The position numbers were made by a program, and so were the translations under genes. From positions 172,424,001-172,488,000 of the forward strand of contig NC_086097.1 of the NCBI RefSeq assembly GCF_963921235.1: a stretch of 64,000 nucleotides of DNA, written 5' to 3'. The notes beneath the pieces are model-generated. The model ran no database searches. It worked only from the letters and a program-made list of their open reading frames with translations, and was not told the DNA's origin. Numbering within the stretch: the first letter of the stretch is position 1; each line of letters begins with the position of its first letter. Positions 35,791 through 48,599 of this stretch are shown here, in pieces. Origin of the DNA: Mobula hypostoma (taxonomy: Eukaryota).

Positions 35791-37934
35791 GTACCTCTTC
35801 CTAGAGATGCTGCCTGGCCTGCTGCGTTCACCAGCAACTTTGATATGTGTTAACTATGTAAGAAGTAAGGTTTAGTAAGTTGTGGGCATGCTATGTTGGC
35901 ACAGGAAGCACAGTGACACTTGCAGGGTGTCCCCAGTACATCCTCGGACAGTGTTGGCCATTGATGAAAGCAACGCATTTCACTGCATGTTTCAATGTAC
36001 TGTGATAAATAAGGCTTGATTTATTATTGTCCCTTCTACTGAGGTAGCATGGAAAGCTTTGCTTTCTGTGCAATGCAGGGAGATGATTCCAAACATAGAT
36101 ATATCAAGGTAGGTAGGACAAATGGAAAAGCAATAACAAAATATAGAATATAGTGTTACACTTACAGAGAAAGTGCAGTTAGATTTTTCGTGTGAATGTG
36201 TGAAACTGATGCTCAGTGCTTGTGATACAGCTGCATACAAGTTTTTCATTGCATCAGTGCATGCATGTTCTTCTGCTTTTTTTCAGTTTGTTTTCAGTTT
36301 GTTAACCAGTAGTCTGGTCCTACCAACATGTGGACATCAGCTCTTATTTTGTTTGTGTAACCTTTTGAGTGACACTTTGCTGAATGCCTTGTGAAAGTCC
36401 AAATATATTACATTCACTTTAGTTGATAAATCTCAAAGAATTTTAACAGGTTTGTCAGAAATCATTTCCCCTTCATGAAGCCAGCCATTTGAGAGTACTA
36501 AGGAGGCTTCGATAAAAGTCTCCAACCTGAAGCATTAACTCCATTCCTCTCTCCACAGTTACTGACTGACATGCAGAGTATTTGTTGATTAAAAGAGGAA
36601 CATTAATCTCGTCTCCAGGGCTGTGAGGAGAAGCAAAAACAGAAACCCCATCACAATTAAGTAAGAGAGAACAGTATGTCAGTTTTATGTCCAGAGAAGA
36701 TGGGGGAAGGGATGGACAGAACAAAGAGAGCAAGAAAATAAAATTGCTGGAGGAACTCAGTGGGTCAGTTGGCATCTGTGGTTGGAAATAGATGGTCAGC
36801 ATTTTGGATCTAAATCCTTCATCTGGACATAGGGAGCATCTGGGAAAGACTGAGGCCAAGGTTACTGTGGGAATAAATTTCTAGCAGTGTTTTCCATTAT
36901 TAAGTGAGCAACTGAGCAGTGAAGTGAACTCTGGAGATACCAACCAATAGAATGTTAAATGATAGTTCAAGAAAAGGGTACTGCATAGTCAAGTCTCAGA
37001 AACAGACAGAGGGAACACACCAGAAACTGACATTTTGAGTCCTGCTTTTGGACCGTTAGATCTGTGAAACAGAGAAAATAAGCAGGGCCTTAAAGAGTGT
37101 TGTAGAACAGAGGGATCTAGAAGTACAAGTACTTAGATCCCTGAAGGTGGTGTCATTGGTAGACATGTGACAGTGGTAGCTTTTGGCACACTGGCCCTCA
37201 TCAGCAAAGCCATTGAGTTTAGGAGGCAGTACGCTATGTTGCAGTGTCACAAGACGCTAGTGAGGAAACATTTGAAATATTGTGTAGTTTGGTCATTCTA
37301 TTTTTGCAAAAGGTCATTAAGCTGGAAAGAGTGCCGAGAAGATTTGAGAGAAGTGATGGATTTCAATGTTTAATTCCAAGGTTAGTTTAGAAGTCAGAAA
37401 CAAGACATAAAACTTGTTGCTTCATGATCATTTTATTAAGAGTTGATAGAACAAAGAAAACCGGAACAGGAGAGTGACAAGGGGAAGAAGAGCAGTTCTA
37501 AAAAAAGATGGCACCTAGCACAAAGCAGCTACTTTGTTGCCATTGAGATAAGATAAATTCCATTCTAATCTACAGATAATAACAATCTAATTAGAAAATA
37601 ATGATTTAGTACTGCAGTAAAAACTAACCAAAGAGAAAATACTAGCTGCTTAATGCGGAGCTTCCAGAGCATTTCAGAATTATACTTTGTACAGCCAATA
37701 GAGGCATATTCAATTGTTAGGCATATAAATTCTACCCAAAATACAAGCAGATAATTAAATTGTTAATTGTTAAATTATGAGGGGCATGGATAAGATAAAT
37801 GCAACTCGGCTTTTTCCACTGAAGTTGGGGAGATCAGAACTAGAGATCATAGATTAAGGGTGAAAGGTGAAATATTTAAATGAAACCTGAGAGTGAATTT
37901 CTTCACTTAGAGGGTGGTGTGAGCATAAAGGAAA

Positions 37935-39370
37935 AGGTTCAAAGGTTCCAAGGTTCATTTTACTTTCATGTACAATACAGCTCTGAAATTTGTCTTCTCC
38001 AGATAATCATGAAATACAGAAAAACCATGGGAGTCATTGAAATAAAAGACATCAACCCCCCTCCTCCCTGCATGAAAAAGAAAACAAAACAAAACTCGCA
38101 ACCCCCAAAACCCCCCACCCCCTTCCTCGCTAAAAATCAGCAACAATAATATCAAAATCCCAACCCCACCCCTTGCAAAAAAGAACAGCAACAATGACAT
38201 CAGACACCCAACCCCCCCTCACAAAAACTAACAGACTGCCCATACAGAAAAGCCAACAAGAACATGGATACCAAGTCCCCAACCCCCTCTCACACACAAA
38301 AACTAACAGACTGCCCATACAGAAAAGCCAACAAGAACATCAGATACCAAGTCCCCAACCCCCTCTCTCTCACACACAAACTAACAGACTGCCCATACAG
38401 AAAAGCCAACAAGAACATCGGATACCAAGTCCCCAAACCCCTCTCTCTCACACAAAAACTAACAGACTGCCCATACAGAAAAGCCAACAAGAACATCAGA
38501 CCCCAAACACCCAACCCCTTCCTCCACACAAAAACTAACAGACTGCCCATACAGAAAAGCCAACAAGAACATCGGATACCAATTCCCCAACCCCCTCCCT
38601 CACACACAAAACTAACAGACTGCCCATACAGAAAAGCCAGTAAGAACATCGGACCCCAAACACCCAACCCCCCCTCTCTCACACACAAAAACTAACAGAC
38701 TGCCCATACAGAAAAGCCAACAAGAACATCGGACCCCAAACACCCAACTCCTTCCTCCACACAAAAACGAACATATCGCTCACCCAGAACCCTAAACCAT
38801 CAGCAACAGGAAAGAAAACGCAAAAACCTGAAGGAGACCAATATAAGCTAGTCTAATAATCACATAAATCTTACAATTTTGAAAACATCCACCCATCAGA
38901 ATAAAGGAGAGCAGCTGTTTGAACTCAGTCATTGTGTGAAGAGGGACCGCCACACCAGCATGCTGCTGTCCTGAGGCCTTCTGAACGCCGCTGACCCAGC
39001 TATCAACCGCCATCAACACATGGCCTCCATGGAAGAGCCACCACTGACCTCCTCCATATTCACCTCAATGCTTCAATCTTCCCTGACAATTCAAAATGGA
39101 GTAAATCATGACCTCACAACCTGGTACATGTACATGACCTGGTCTTCTGCACAGAGCAGCTTGTGCTCACAGTCCTCTCTGGGGACAACAGAATACTCAA
39201 TAGTTTGATTGAACTCCAAACTGTACGTCACAGGCTCCAACAGTTTCTGAAATACAATCAAGACAAAAAGAACAAGCAGAAGGCATAGAAAAAGTGAAAT
39301 AAATGAAGAGATTGGCTATCTGAAAGATTTCACCCAAGGAATCGTTGTTCACTGGCACCATCTTGACTGG
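37935..39370 (-). mobile_element. Non-coding LINE-derived element inserted in a CR1 3' remnant
   Basis: Minus-strand 5' end CCAGTCAAGATGGTGCC (YY1-like LINE start) and (TGAACCTT)n-like tail; CR1 3' sequence on both flanks (37770-37930 and 39370-39550). Confidence 0.55.
38200..38770. repeat. Minisatellite, 7 copies of a 75-80-bp unit
   Basis: ACTAACAGACTGCCCATACAGAAAAGCCA at 38227, 38302, 38380, 38458, 38534, 38611, 38691. Confidence 0.95.
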
Positions 39371-40165
39371 ACAAGAGCATGGCTGGGCTCCATTGTATCA
39401 TTTAAGAGAAATTTGGATAAGTATATGAATGGAAGAGGTACGGGGGTCTATAGTCTAGGAGTGGGTTGATGTGACTAGGCAAAATATTAATTATGGACTA
39501 GATGGGCCGAAGGTTCTGTTTCTACACTGTAGTGCTCTATGACTCTATATGTAACCCCTGGGCACAACAGAATACTATATAATACCTGTGGAATTCTACT
39601 AGCCATAGACTCCCAGTCAAAATACTCCCCTCCACCACTGCCTTCTATTCTGCAGCCAAGGCAATTCTGAATCAAAACTTGCAAGTCAACATTAATGCCA
39701 TGCATTTTAATCTTATTCCGCCAACCATGAGCGATACCTTTCATCATGTTCAGCTTCCCCCTCAAGTTTCACACCATTCTGATTTGGAAATGCCTCACTG
39801 TTTCTTATTGTCACTGGGTGTACCTCCAGTTGAAAGGTTGTACCCTTTCAAGAAGGTGGATCACCATCACGTTCTCTAGTGCATTTAGCCATAGGCTCTA
39901 AGGGCTCTGTAAACCAGTGAGACTAGATTTCACAGAAGATAATGAAAAATTGGGGTAATCAGTCCAAATGGGTCCTGCTAGTCAACAGTCTCCAAGTGAA
40001 TCAGCTATCAGAAACTATGAAAAAGCAAGGTAATGACTCTGGTCTTTTACATTGTACTGCTGACTGCCTAGGTATTGTTTATTGGTTTATTATTACCATG
40101 TGTACCAAGATATTGAAATACTTGTCTTAAACACTGTTACATAGTACTTTGAGCTAGAATATAGA

Positions 40166-42543
40166 ATTTTTTTGTAGCAATACATAGAGGTACCAACTAG
40201 GGAAGGGGCAGTGTTGGATCTCCTGTTGGGGAATGAGATAGGTCAGGTGAAGGAGGTTTGTGATGGGGAGCACTTCGGGTCCAGTGATCACAATGCCATT
40301 AGTTTCAATATAATTATGGAGAAGGATAGGTCTGGACCCAGGGTTGAGATTTTTGATTGGAAAAAGGCTAACTTTAAGGAGATGCAAAAGGATTTAGAAG
40401 GAGTGGATTGGGACAATTTGTTTTATGCGAAGGATGTAATAGAGAAATGGAGGTCATTTAAAGGTGAAATTTTGAGGGTACAGGATCTTTATGTTCCTGT
40501 TAGGTTGAAAGGAAAGGTTAAAATTATGAGAGAGCCATGGTTTTCAAGGGATATTGGAAACTTGGTTCGGAAAAAGAGAGATATCTACAATAAATACAGG
40601 CAGCATGGAGTAAATGAGGTGCTCAAGGAATATAAAGAATGTAATCTTAAGAAAGAAATTAGAAAAGCTAAAAGAAGATACGAGGTTGCTTTGGCAAGTA
40701 AGGTGAAAATAAATCCGAAGGGTTTCTACAGTTATATTAATAGCAAAAGGATAGTGAGGGATAAAATTGGTCCCTTAGAGAATCAGAGTGGACAGCTATG
40801 TGCGGAGACAAAAGAGATGGAGGAGATTTTAAACTATTTCTTTTCTTCGGTATTCACTAAGGAAAAGGATATTCAATTGTGTAAGATAACGGAAACAGAT
40901 AGGGAAGTTATGGAAACTATGATGATTAAGGAAGAGCAAGTACTGGAGCTTTTAAGGAATATAAAAGCGGATAAGTCTCCTGGTCCTGACAGGATATTCC
41001 CTAGGACCTTGAGGGAAGTTAGTGTGGAAATAGCAGGGGCTCTGACAGAAATATTTCAAATGTCATTAGGAACAGGGATGGTGCCGGAGGATTGGCGTAT
41101 TGCTCATGTGGTTCCATTGTTTAAAAAGGGTTCTAAGCGTAAACCTAGCAATTATCGGCCTGTGAGTTTGACGTCAGTGGTGGGTAAATTGATGGAAAGT
41201 ATTCTTAGAGATGGTATATATAATTATCTGGATAGACAGGGTCTGATTAGGAACAGTTAACATGGATTTGTGCGTGGAAAGTCATGTTTGATAAATCTTA
41301 TTGAATCTTTTTGAAGATGTTACCAGGAAAGTTGATGAGGGTAAAGCGGTGGATGTTGTCTATATGGACTTCAGTAAGGCCTTTGACAAGGTTCCACACA
41401 GAAGGTTAGTAAGGAAGGTTCAATCGTTAGGTATTAATATTGAAGTAGTAAAATGGATTCAGCAGTGGCTGGATGGGAGATGCTAGAGAGTAGTGGTGGT
41501 TAACTGTTTGTCAGATTGGAGGCTGGTAACTAGTGGTGTGCCTCAGGGATCTGTACTGGGTCCAATGTTGTTTGTCATATACATTAATGATCTGGATGAT
41601 GGGGTAGTAAATTGGATTAGTAAGTATGCAGATGATACTAAGATTGGTGGAGTTGTGGATAATAAAGTAGGTTTTCAAAGCTTGCAGAGAGATTTAGGCC
41701 AGTTAGAAGAGTGGACTGAAAGATGGCAGATGGAGTTTAATGCTGATAAATATGAGGTGCTACATTTTGGTAGGTCGAATCAAAATAGGACATACATAGT
41801 AAGTGGTAGGGCATTGAAGAATGCAGTAGAACAGAGGGATCTAGGAATAATGGTGCATAGTTCCCTGAAGATGGAATCTCATGTGGATAGGGTGGTGAAG
41901 AAAGGTTTTGGTATGCTGGCCTTTATAAATCAGAGCATTGAGTGTCGGAGTTGGAATGTAATGTTGAAATTGTACAAGACATTAGTGAGGCCAAATTTGG
42001 AGTATTGTGTACAGTTCTGGACACCAAATTATAGGAAAGGTGTCAACAAAATAGAGAGAGTACAGAGAAGATTTACTAGAATGTTACCTGGGTTTCATCA
42101 CCCAAGTTACTGAGAAAGGTTGAACAAGTTGGTTCTTTATTCTTTGGAGCATAGAAGGTTGAGGCGGGTCTTGATAGAAGTATTTAAATTTATGAGGGGA
42201 ATAGATAGAGTTGATGTGGATAGGCTTTTGCCATTGAGAGTAGGGGAGATTCAAACAAGAGGTCATGAGTTGAGAGTTAAAGGACAAAAGTTTAGGGGTA
42301 ACATGAGCGGGAAATTCTTTACACAGAGAGCGGTAGCTGTGTGGAACGAGCTTCCAGCAGAAGTGGTTGAGGCAGGTTCGATGTTGTCATTTAAAGTTAA
42401 ACTGGACAGCTATATGGACAGGAAAGGAATGGAGGGTTATGGGCTGAGTGCAGGTCAGTGGGACTAGGTGAGAGTAAGCATTCGGCGTGGACTAGAAGGG
42501 CTGAGATGGCCTGTTTCTGTGCTGTAATTGTTATATGGTTATA
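40166..42543 (+). mobile_element. Young CR1 LINE, 5'-truncated within APE, ORF2 with a few stops
   Basis: [58 protein letters not shown]; (GTTATATG)n tail. Confidence 0.95.
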
Positions 42544-42544
42544 G

Positions 42545-43430
42545 TAAAACAATAACAAAGCAGGATTGAGTGTAAAAGCTACCAAACAAGTGCAGTGCAG
42601 GTAAGTGATAAAGTGTAAGATCATATTGAGGTAGATTGTAAGGACAAGAGTCCATCTTATCTTACAAGAGGTCCATTCAAGAGTTTGGTAACAGTGGGAT
42701 AGAAGCTGTCCTTGGGCTGGGTGATATGTGCTTTCAGGCTTTTGTATCCTCTGCCCTTTGGGAGAGGGAAGGAGAGAAAATGTCTGGGGGGTGGGGGTCT
42801 TTGATTATGCCAGCTGTATTATTGAGGCAGCAAGAGTATAAACAGAGGCCATAGAGGGAAAAGCTGGTTCCCGTAATGTGCTGAATTGTGTCCAGGGCGA
42901 TACCAAGTTGGACCATCTATGGTGCACCAATAAAAACTGGTAAGAGTTGACAGAGACATGCCAAATTTCCTTAGCCTCCTGAGGAAGTAGAGCCATTGGT
43001 GAGCTTTTCTTGCCCATGCCACCAATGTGGTTGGACCACAACAAGCTACGGATGATGTTCACACCAAGGAACTTGTAGCTCTCAACCTCATCACACTGAT
43101 ATGTAGACAAAAGCATGTGCACTCCCACCTTTTTGAAGTCAATGGCCAGCCATCTTGTTTTGTTGAAATTCAGGGAAAGGTTCTGGTAATGATACCATGT
43201 GACTATGCTGTTTATATCCTTCTGGTACACAATTTATTTTTATTTGAGATTCAGCCTACTACAATAGTGTCATCTGAAAACTTGTAGATGGTGTTAGCAC
43301 AGAATATTGGCCACGCATTCATTACTGTACAGAATTGTAGAGGACTGAGGGCTCATCCTTGTGGAGCACCAGTGTTTAGAGTAACCATGGTGGAGGTGTT
43401 AGTGCCTCTCCTTACTGATTGTGGACTGAG
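42545..43430 (-). mobile_element. Old Rex/Babar 3' fragment
   Basis: GAPQG, YKFLGVNI, AHQWLYFLRRLRKFG remnants. Confidence 0.8.
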
Positions 43431-44354
43431 GAAAAAAAATAGTTCAATCCTACAAATGAAAATGCAATCTTTGCGAAAAGTCCAGTTCTGACTGTCAGCT
43501 AATATTTGTCAAGTAAACACAGCAAAACTTGCCAATTTATCATTATTTTCAAAAATTGTTCTTCAAAAGCTATGGATCAGCTACCTTGTTACACAAAATC
43601 CGCTGCTGCAATTTCCTTGCTCTCTGACTCAACCACTCAGTTGCCTGATAGGTAATACAAGGTGATGTCACATCTGCAAGATCATAATGCTGACTGAATG
43701 TTTTGTGACAGATTGATAGCAAGGAAAATGCAAAACAGGATTTATTACATCCTGCACAAGCCTCTTAAACCTTACTCTAATCATCAGAGCAGGTTTTGAG
43801 ATTTTAGCAAAGTGGATTTATGGAAATATATTGTCAAGCAAAACAAAACTCAGAGGGCTCTGCAAAGTATTTCAGGATAAGGAGGTACTTAAAAAATCAT
43901 AGAAAGTTATGGCAGAGAATTAGGTCGTTCAGTCCATCATATGCAGACTGGCCTGAACAAAAATGCAAGTTAAATTATGAATCCTAGGCCTAAAGTTCTT
44001 GGTCTGTAGTCTGCAGTTCATTGCTCTTGAAACGCTCAGCCAAATTCTTTTTAAACTTTAACTAATAAGACATTCAAATACCAACAAGTTAAAATAAAGT
44101 GCAGTAACTAAGTACGTTCCTCCATCTAACATCTGGTATAAGGATGGTGCTTTTGGTTAACTGAATTGAGTGGCTGTTCCATCACCAGGCCTAGATGGCA
44201 TGAAGCCAAGTGACTGGATATGAGGTACACTCAGACTCTCCACCACGTCTGTGGGCTCGATGCGATGTCCAACACTGGAGCAGGCTTGAGCGGTGGGGCT
44301 GGTCGGATGCATTGACATCTGACCATCAGCTCATCTCTGGTGCATGCCTTAGAG

Positions 44355-44515
44355 TAGTGGTCCCCAACCTCCGGGCCGCAGACTGATACATTGCCGCGAA
44401 GCTGCAAGGGTGCAGCGATATCCGGAGTGCACCCAGCACATCTTTAAGGAAAAAGCTAAAATAAACAAGCTAATTAATTAGGTGCCGCCCAGCACGTAAA
44501 TGTCAGCCCAGAGTG
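44355..44515. mobile_element. hAT/Charlie-like MITE terminus
   Basis: TAGAG|TAGTGGTCCCCAACCTCCGGGCCGC resembles the Charlie TIR CAGTGGTCCCCAACC in TAGA target context; partner end not seen. Confidence 0.55.
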
Positions 44516-44799
44516 AGGTTGCACTGCAGTCTCTCACTCTCAGACCCTCAATATGGGCTGTCTCAGCCTGGGCAGCTAGCCACACTCATACAGTAGTTTT
44601 GACAATGACAAGACCCTGCACCAAATCCCTTCTACACTTGTTCCTCACCTCACCAGGTATCAGTGGAATTGATGCATTAGGAATTATTGAATATCTTTTT
44701 CTTTCACAACATTCAGTCATACAAGTCTGTTGAAGGTCTTTAAATATGTATTTTGTTTAGCAACAGCTGTTGAGGATTCACATACAGGAGTCATGGAGA

Positions 44800-45370
44800 C
44801 AGTAGTTACTGGAATCCGAAGCAACACAAAGGTGCTGGAGGAACTCAGTGAGTCAGGCAACATCTGTGGAGAGAAATGAACAGTCAACATTTTAACTCAA
44901 GACCCTTCATTTGAACTGATGAAGGATCTCGATCCAAAACCTGATTCCAGATGAAGGCCCCTGACCCAAAACATCAACTGACTATTCCCTTCCATAGGTG
45001 ATACCAAATGTTGAAAGGGCTGGATCTAGTGGACATGTAGTGGGAGAGTCTAATACCAGAGGATACAGCCTCAGAATAGAGATGAGGAGGAATTTCTTTA
45101 GGCAGAGTATGATGAATCTGTGGAATTCATTGCCACAATGGCTTTGGAGGTCAATTATTGAGTATACAGTATTTAAAGCAGCAGTTGATAGGGTCTTGAT
45201 TAGTAAGGGTGTCAGAGGTAACAGGGAAAAAGACAGCAGAATGCAGTTGAGATTGAAAACAAATCAGCGATAATCGAATATTTGAGCAGACTCGATGGGC
45301 TGAATGGCCTAATTCTGCTCCTATGTCGTCTGCTCCTAGCCCACTGAGCTCCTCCAGCATCTTGTCTGTT
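44800..45370. mobile_element. Old palindromic pLTR element with three decayed hammerheads, interrupted by a CR1 3' piece
   Basis: Inverse arm GCTGGAGGAACTCAG..CATCTGTGG; remnants at 44881-44915 (-), 44916-44940 (+) and 44947-44980 (+); forward arm ends CTGAGCTCCTCCAGCA. Confidence 0.6.
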
Positions 45371-45809
45371 GTGAGGATTCACGTAAAAGACCAACCTTCA
45401 ATGCAAGTGCATCCATCGTGGTACTGATGTCACTGCTGAACAACACAATGGGTAATGAAGATTAAAGAAGCATGTAAACCTGCAGACATTTTAGTAAATA
45501 CTATAAATTAACTGGTTCCTAAACATCATTCCTGACACAGTTTATTTCTGATTTCATTAAAGTAATCAGGATAAACAAGCCAGCTACAGATCAGACAAAT
45601 AAATATAATCTCTGCCTCAAACCAAAAGCCGTGGCAGATTAGGATTAAAAATAGCTTCTTACTTGCAATCAGCAAACTGTAAAAACATTTGTGCATTGAG
45701 TTCTGCCATGCTTTGCCATTTAATTTACATTTATTATCGTAGTGTTTTCCACTCAAGGATCATCACAGATTAAGGCAAAATTTTCTTGTGTTGAAGAATG
45801 TAGAACAAG

Positions 45810-46250
45810 GGGTGGAAAAAAAAGGAGTTGGAAGAACAGAAGGTTAACCAGCATCTGTGGTGGAAAATGAGCAGTTAGTATTTCAGCCTGAGACCCTTCA
45901 TCTGTACTGAAAGACTAGAGAGGAGATAGAAAGAGGTGAGGGGAAAGGCTACAGCAAGAGCTGGCAAGCAATAGGAGGGGTAATGGCAGATGGAGGAGGG
46001 GAGAAGTGAAAATTATAACAGAGGGAGATGATGGGTGGGGGCAGATTGTGGAATCTGATAAAAAAAGTAAAGAAAATAAAGAGGAGCAAAATAAGGGAAG
46101 TATGAATGGACCAGGGAGATGAGGAGAGAGAGATCCTTGCAGAAAGAAAGGGGTGGGGAGGGGCAGATGTGGCTGGTGGTGGGATCTCCTTGTAGCTGGG
46201 GAGAGAAATGTCAGAGAAAGGTGCGCTCGATGCAAAGGCTGGCAGGTGAT
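45810..46250 (-). mobile_element. Ancient internally deleted Penelope remnant
   Basis: 46110-46240 resembles the FRHLQRDPTTKHIFPSPP region of the 28-31 kb element; pLTR with decayed hammerhead at ~45870-45910. Confidence 0.6.
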
Positions 46251-46389
46251 AAGTTAGTTGGGATGCTATGTTGTAAATGTACAAAATATTGCTTAGATCA
46301 CACTCGGTATTTTGTGTGGAGTTCTGGTCACCAGTCTAAAGAAAGAGAGGGTGCAGAAAAGATGCTGCAGGGACAGAAGGGCTTGAGTT

Positions 46390-46905
46390 ATAGTAATGCA
46401 ATCACTCGAGCTGAGTATGATGTTCTCCTAATGGGTTGTCTATTGTTGGGTCCACAGGTGGCTGTAGAGGCCGATTTGGGATCCACATTTTCTGGCCACT
46501 TGCTGATCGCCATGGGATTTGCATAATTAGGATATATTCCAGCAATGGAGAACATCTGTCCATAACTTCCTTTAATGTAGGGAGGTTGATGCATGGGCAG
46601 CCATCACATAGTCCTTGGCAGATTGGGGTCAGGGTTCTGTGGAATGGAGTGCAAGATGACTGGGGATGCTTCACTGCTGCAGCCATCTCTGCCTTCACTC
46701 CCATTCTGAATTGTCATCATTTTTCCACCAGCTCCACTGTAGAGATCTGGATTGGGCCATTCTTTGTCTGGAACTTGCCCCGTGACCTTACTGCCATGGG
46801 TGATCCTAGCAGGATCTCAGCTCCAGCTGGCTAACTGAACAGCATCGTTCTTGAGATCTCAGGAGCTCACAAGCCTCTCCACTACAGGGTGACAATCCTC
46901 AGAGG
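46390..46905 (-). mobile_element. RTE-derived non-autonomous element (tentative)
   Basis: Minus-strand start TCACCCTGTAGTGGAGAGGCTTGTGAGCTC...GGATCACCCATGGCAGTAAGGTC resembles RTE/BovB 5' ends. Confidence 0.5.
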
Positions 46906-47333
46906 CTCTCAATGAGGAGCTTGTGGAAAATCGCTGTCATCCTGGTCCTTGTACTACAAGATCTGCATCGATGACAGACCTTGGGAGAAGCACAAGAATT
47001 CTGGGACAAGAAGCACCGGGACAAGATGCAGGGCCTGGTTCTACAACGTTAATAAGTTGGCGAGTCAGGAGGTGAGAGGTCTTTTACTGATCACTCAGCA
47101 GAGGAGCTATGCAGCCCTGTTGAGAGATCAAGAGTTTATGGAGCAAGTCATTTGCTTGAGTTACATACATACAGGGGATTCTGTAGTATATTGGGACACA
47201 TCGGGTCTAGTACATTTTGGCCCAATTAAGTGGTTGCTCCAATCGCCAAAGTTTCATGAAAATAGTTAAAAAAGTATAAAAAAGAAAAAAACTAGGTAAC
47301 AAATGATGTATTCAAATGAAATACAGAACAAAC

Positions 47334-48152
47334 GGGACATTGCGAGACAGAGCGGGCAATGATAGGGTGCAGAAATGGGCTGAGAAGTGGCAGATGGAGT
47401 TCAACCCAGATAAGTGTGAAGTGGTTCATTTCGGTAGGTCAAATTTGAAGACAGAATATAATATTAATGGTAAGACTCTTGGCAGTGTGGAGGATCAGTG
47501 AGATCTTGGGGTCCATGTCCATAGGGCACTCAAAGCTGCTGCGCAGGTTGACACTGTTGTTAAGAAGGCGTATGGTGTGTTGGCCTTCATCAGCCATGAG
47601 CTAATGTTACAGCTGTATGAGACTTTGGTCAAACTTCACTTGGGATACTGTGTTCAGTTCTGGTCACGTCACTACAGGAAGGATATTGATACTATAGAGA
47701 GAGTGCAGGGAAGATTACAAGGATGTTGCCTGGATTGGAGAGCATGCCTTATGAGAATAGGTTGAGTGAACTTGGCCTTTTCTCCTTGGAACATGGAGGA
47801 TGAGAGGTGGCCTAGAGGTGTATAAGATGATTAGAAAAATTGATCGTGTGGATAGCCAGAGGCTTTTTCCCAGGGCTGAAATGGCTAGCACAAGGGGGCA
47901 TAGTTTTAAGGTGGTTGGAAGTAGGTACAAGGGGGATGTCAGAGATAAGTTTTTCACTCAGAGAGTGGTAGGTGGATGGAATGCACTGCCAGTGAAGGTG
48001 GTAGAGGTGGATACAATAGGGTATTTTAAGAGACTCTTAGATAGGTACATGGAGCTTAGAAAAATAGAGGGCTATGTGGTAGAGGAATTCTAGGCGGCTT
48101 CTAGAGTAGGTTATATGGTCTGTAATGTGCTGTAGATTTTCTATGTTTCTAT
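47334..48152 (+). mobile_element. CR1 3' fragment nested in the Tigger
   Basis: WAEKWQMEFNPDKC, FFTQRVVGGWNALP; TTCTATGT tail. Confidence 0.92.
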
Positions 48153-48599
48153 GTAAATTAGAATGCTACCAATATTACTACAGTATTATAAAACTGTGTA
48201 TTAGCTCCTAATGAGTATTGACAAAGGAATTAATCTAGTGTACGCAATGAATAAAATCAGTGCAGATAACGAACTGTCTTCATGCAAAGCTATCGACAAC
48301 TGTATTCTTCAGATCCTCATTTACATTGTAATATTCAAGATGACTGTTGTTACCTTCAAATTTTTCGTAGTTCCCAACTTGTTGAAGTAGTGAAATTATT
48401 GATTTTCACTCTCAGTCATTTCTGGCACCTCCAAGCCTGTACACTTGAAACTGCAGTGAGCAAAACAAGTTAGAATTGCCTTACTACTTACTTCTCACCA
48501 ACTATCAGTGACAAAAATCACTGCATCTTGAACACAAACACATGCTAAAGATGCTATTTAAAAACTGTTCAATCTAGGCATGTGCAATTAGAACCTAGA

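Larger units (their letters stand above)
35387..35853. mobile_element. Palindromic twin-pLTR Penelope insertion (two inverted 3' ends, no ORF) with 11-bp TSD
   Basis: 35387-35610 is the reverse complement of the pLTR; ~35669-35851 is the forward pLTR; unrelated spacer between; TSD CTATGTAAGAA at 35376-35386 and 35854-35864. Confidence 0.93.

Noticed and set aside
38200..38770. CRISPR-like repeat/spacer array
   Set aside because: The linkers are homologous to each other and low-complexity, there are no cas genes, and the context is a vertebrate TE; it is a minisatellite
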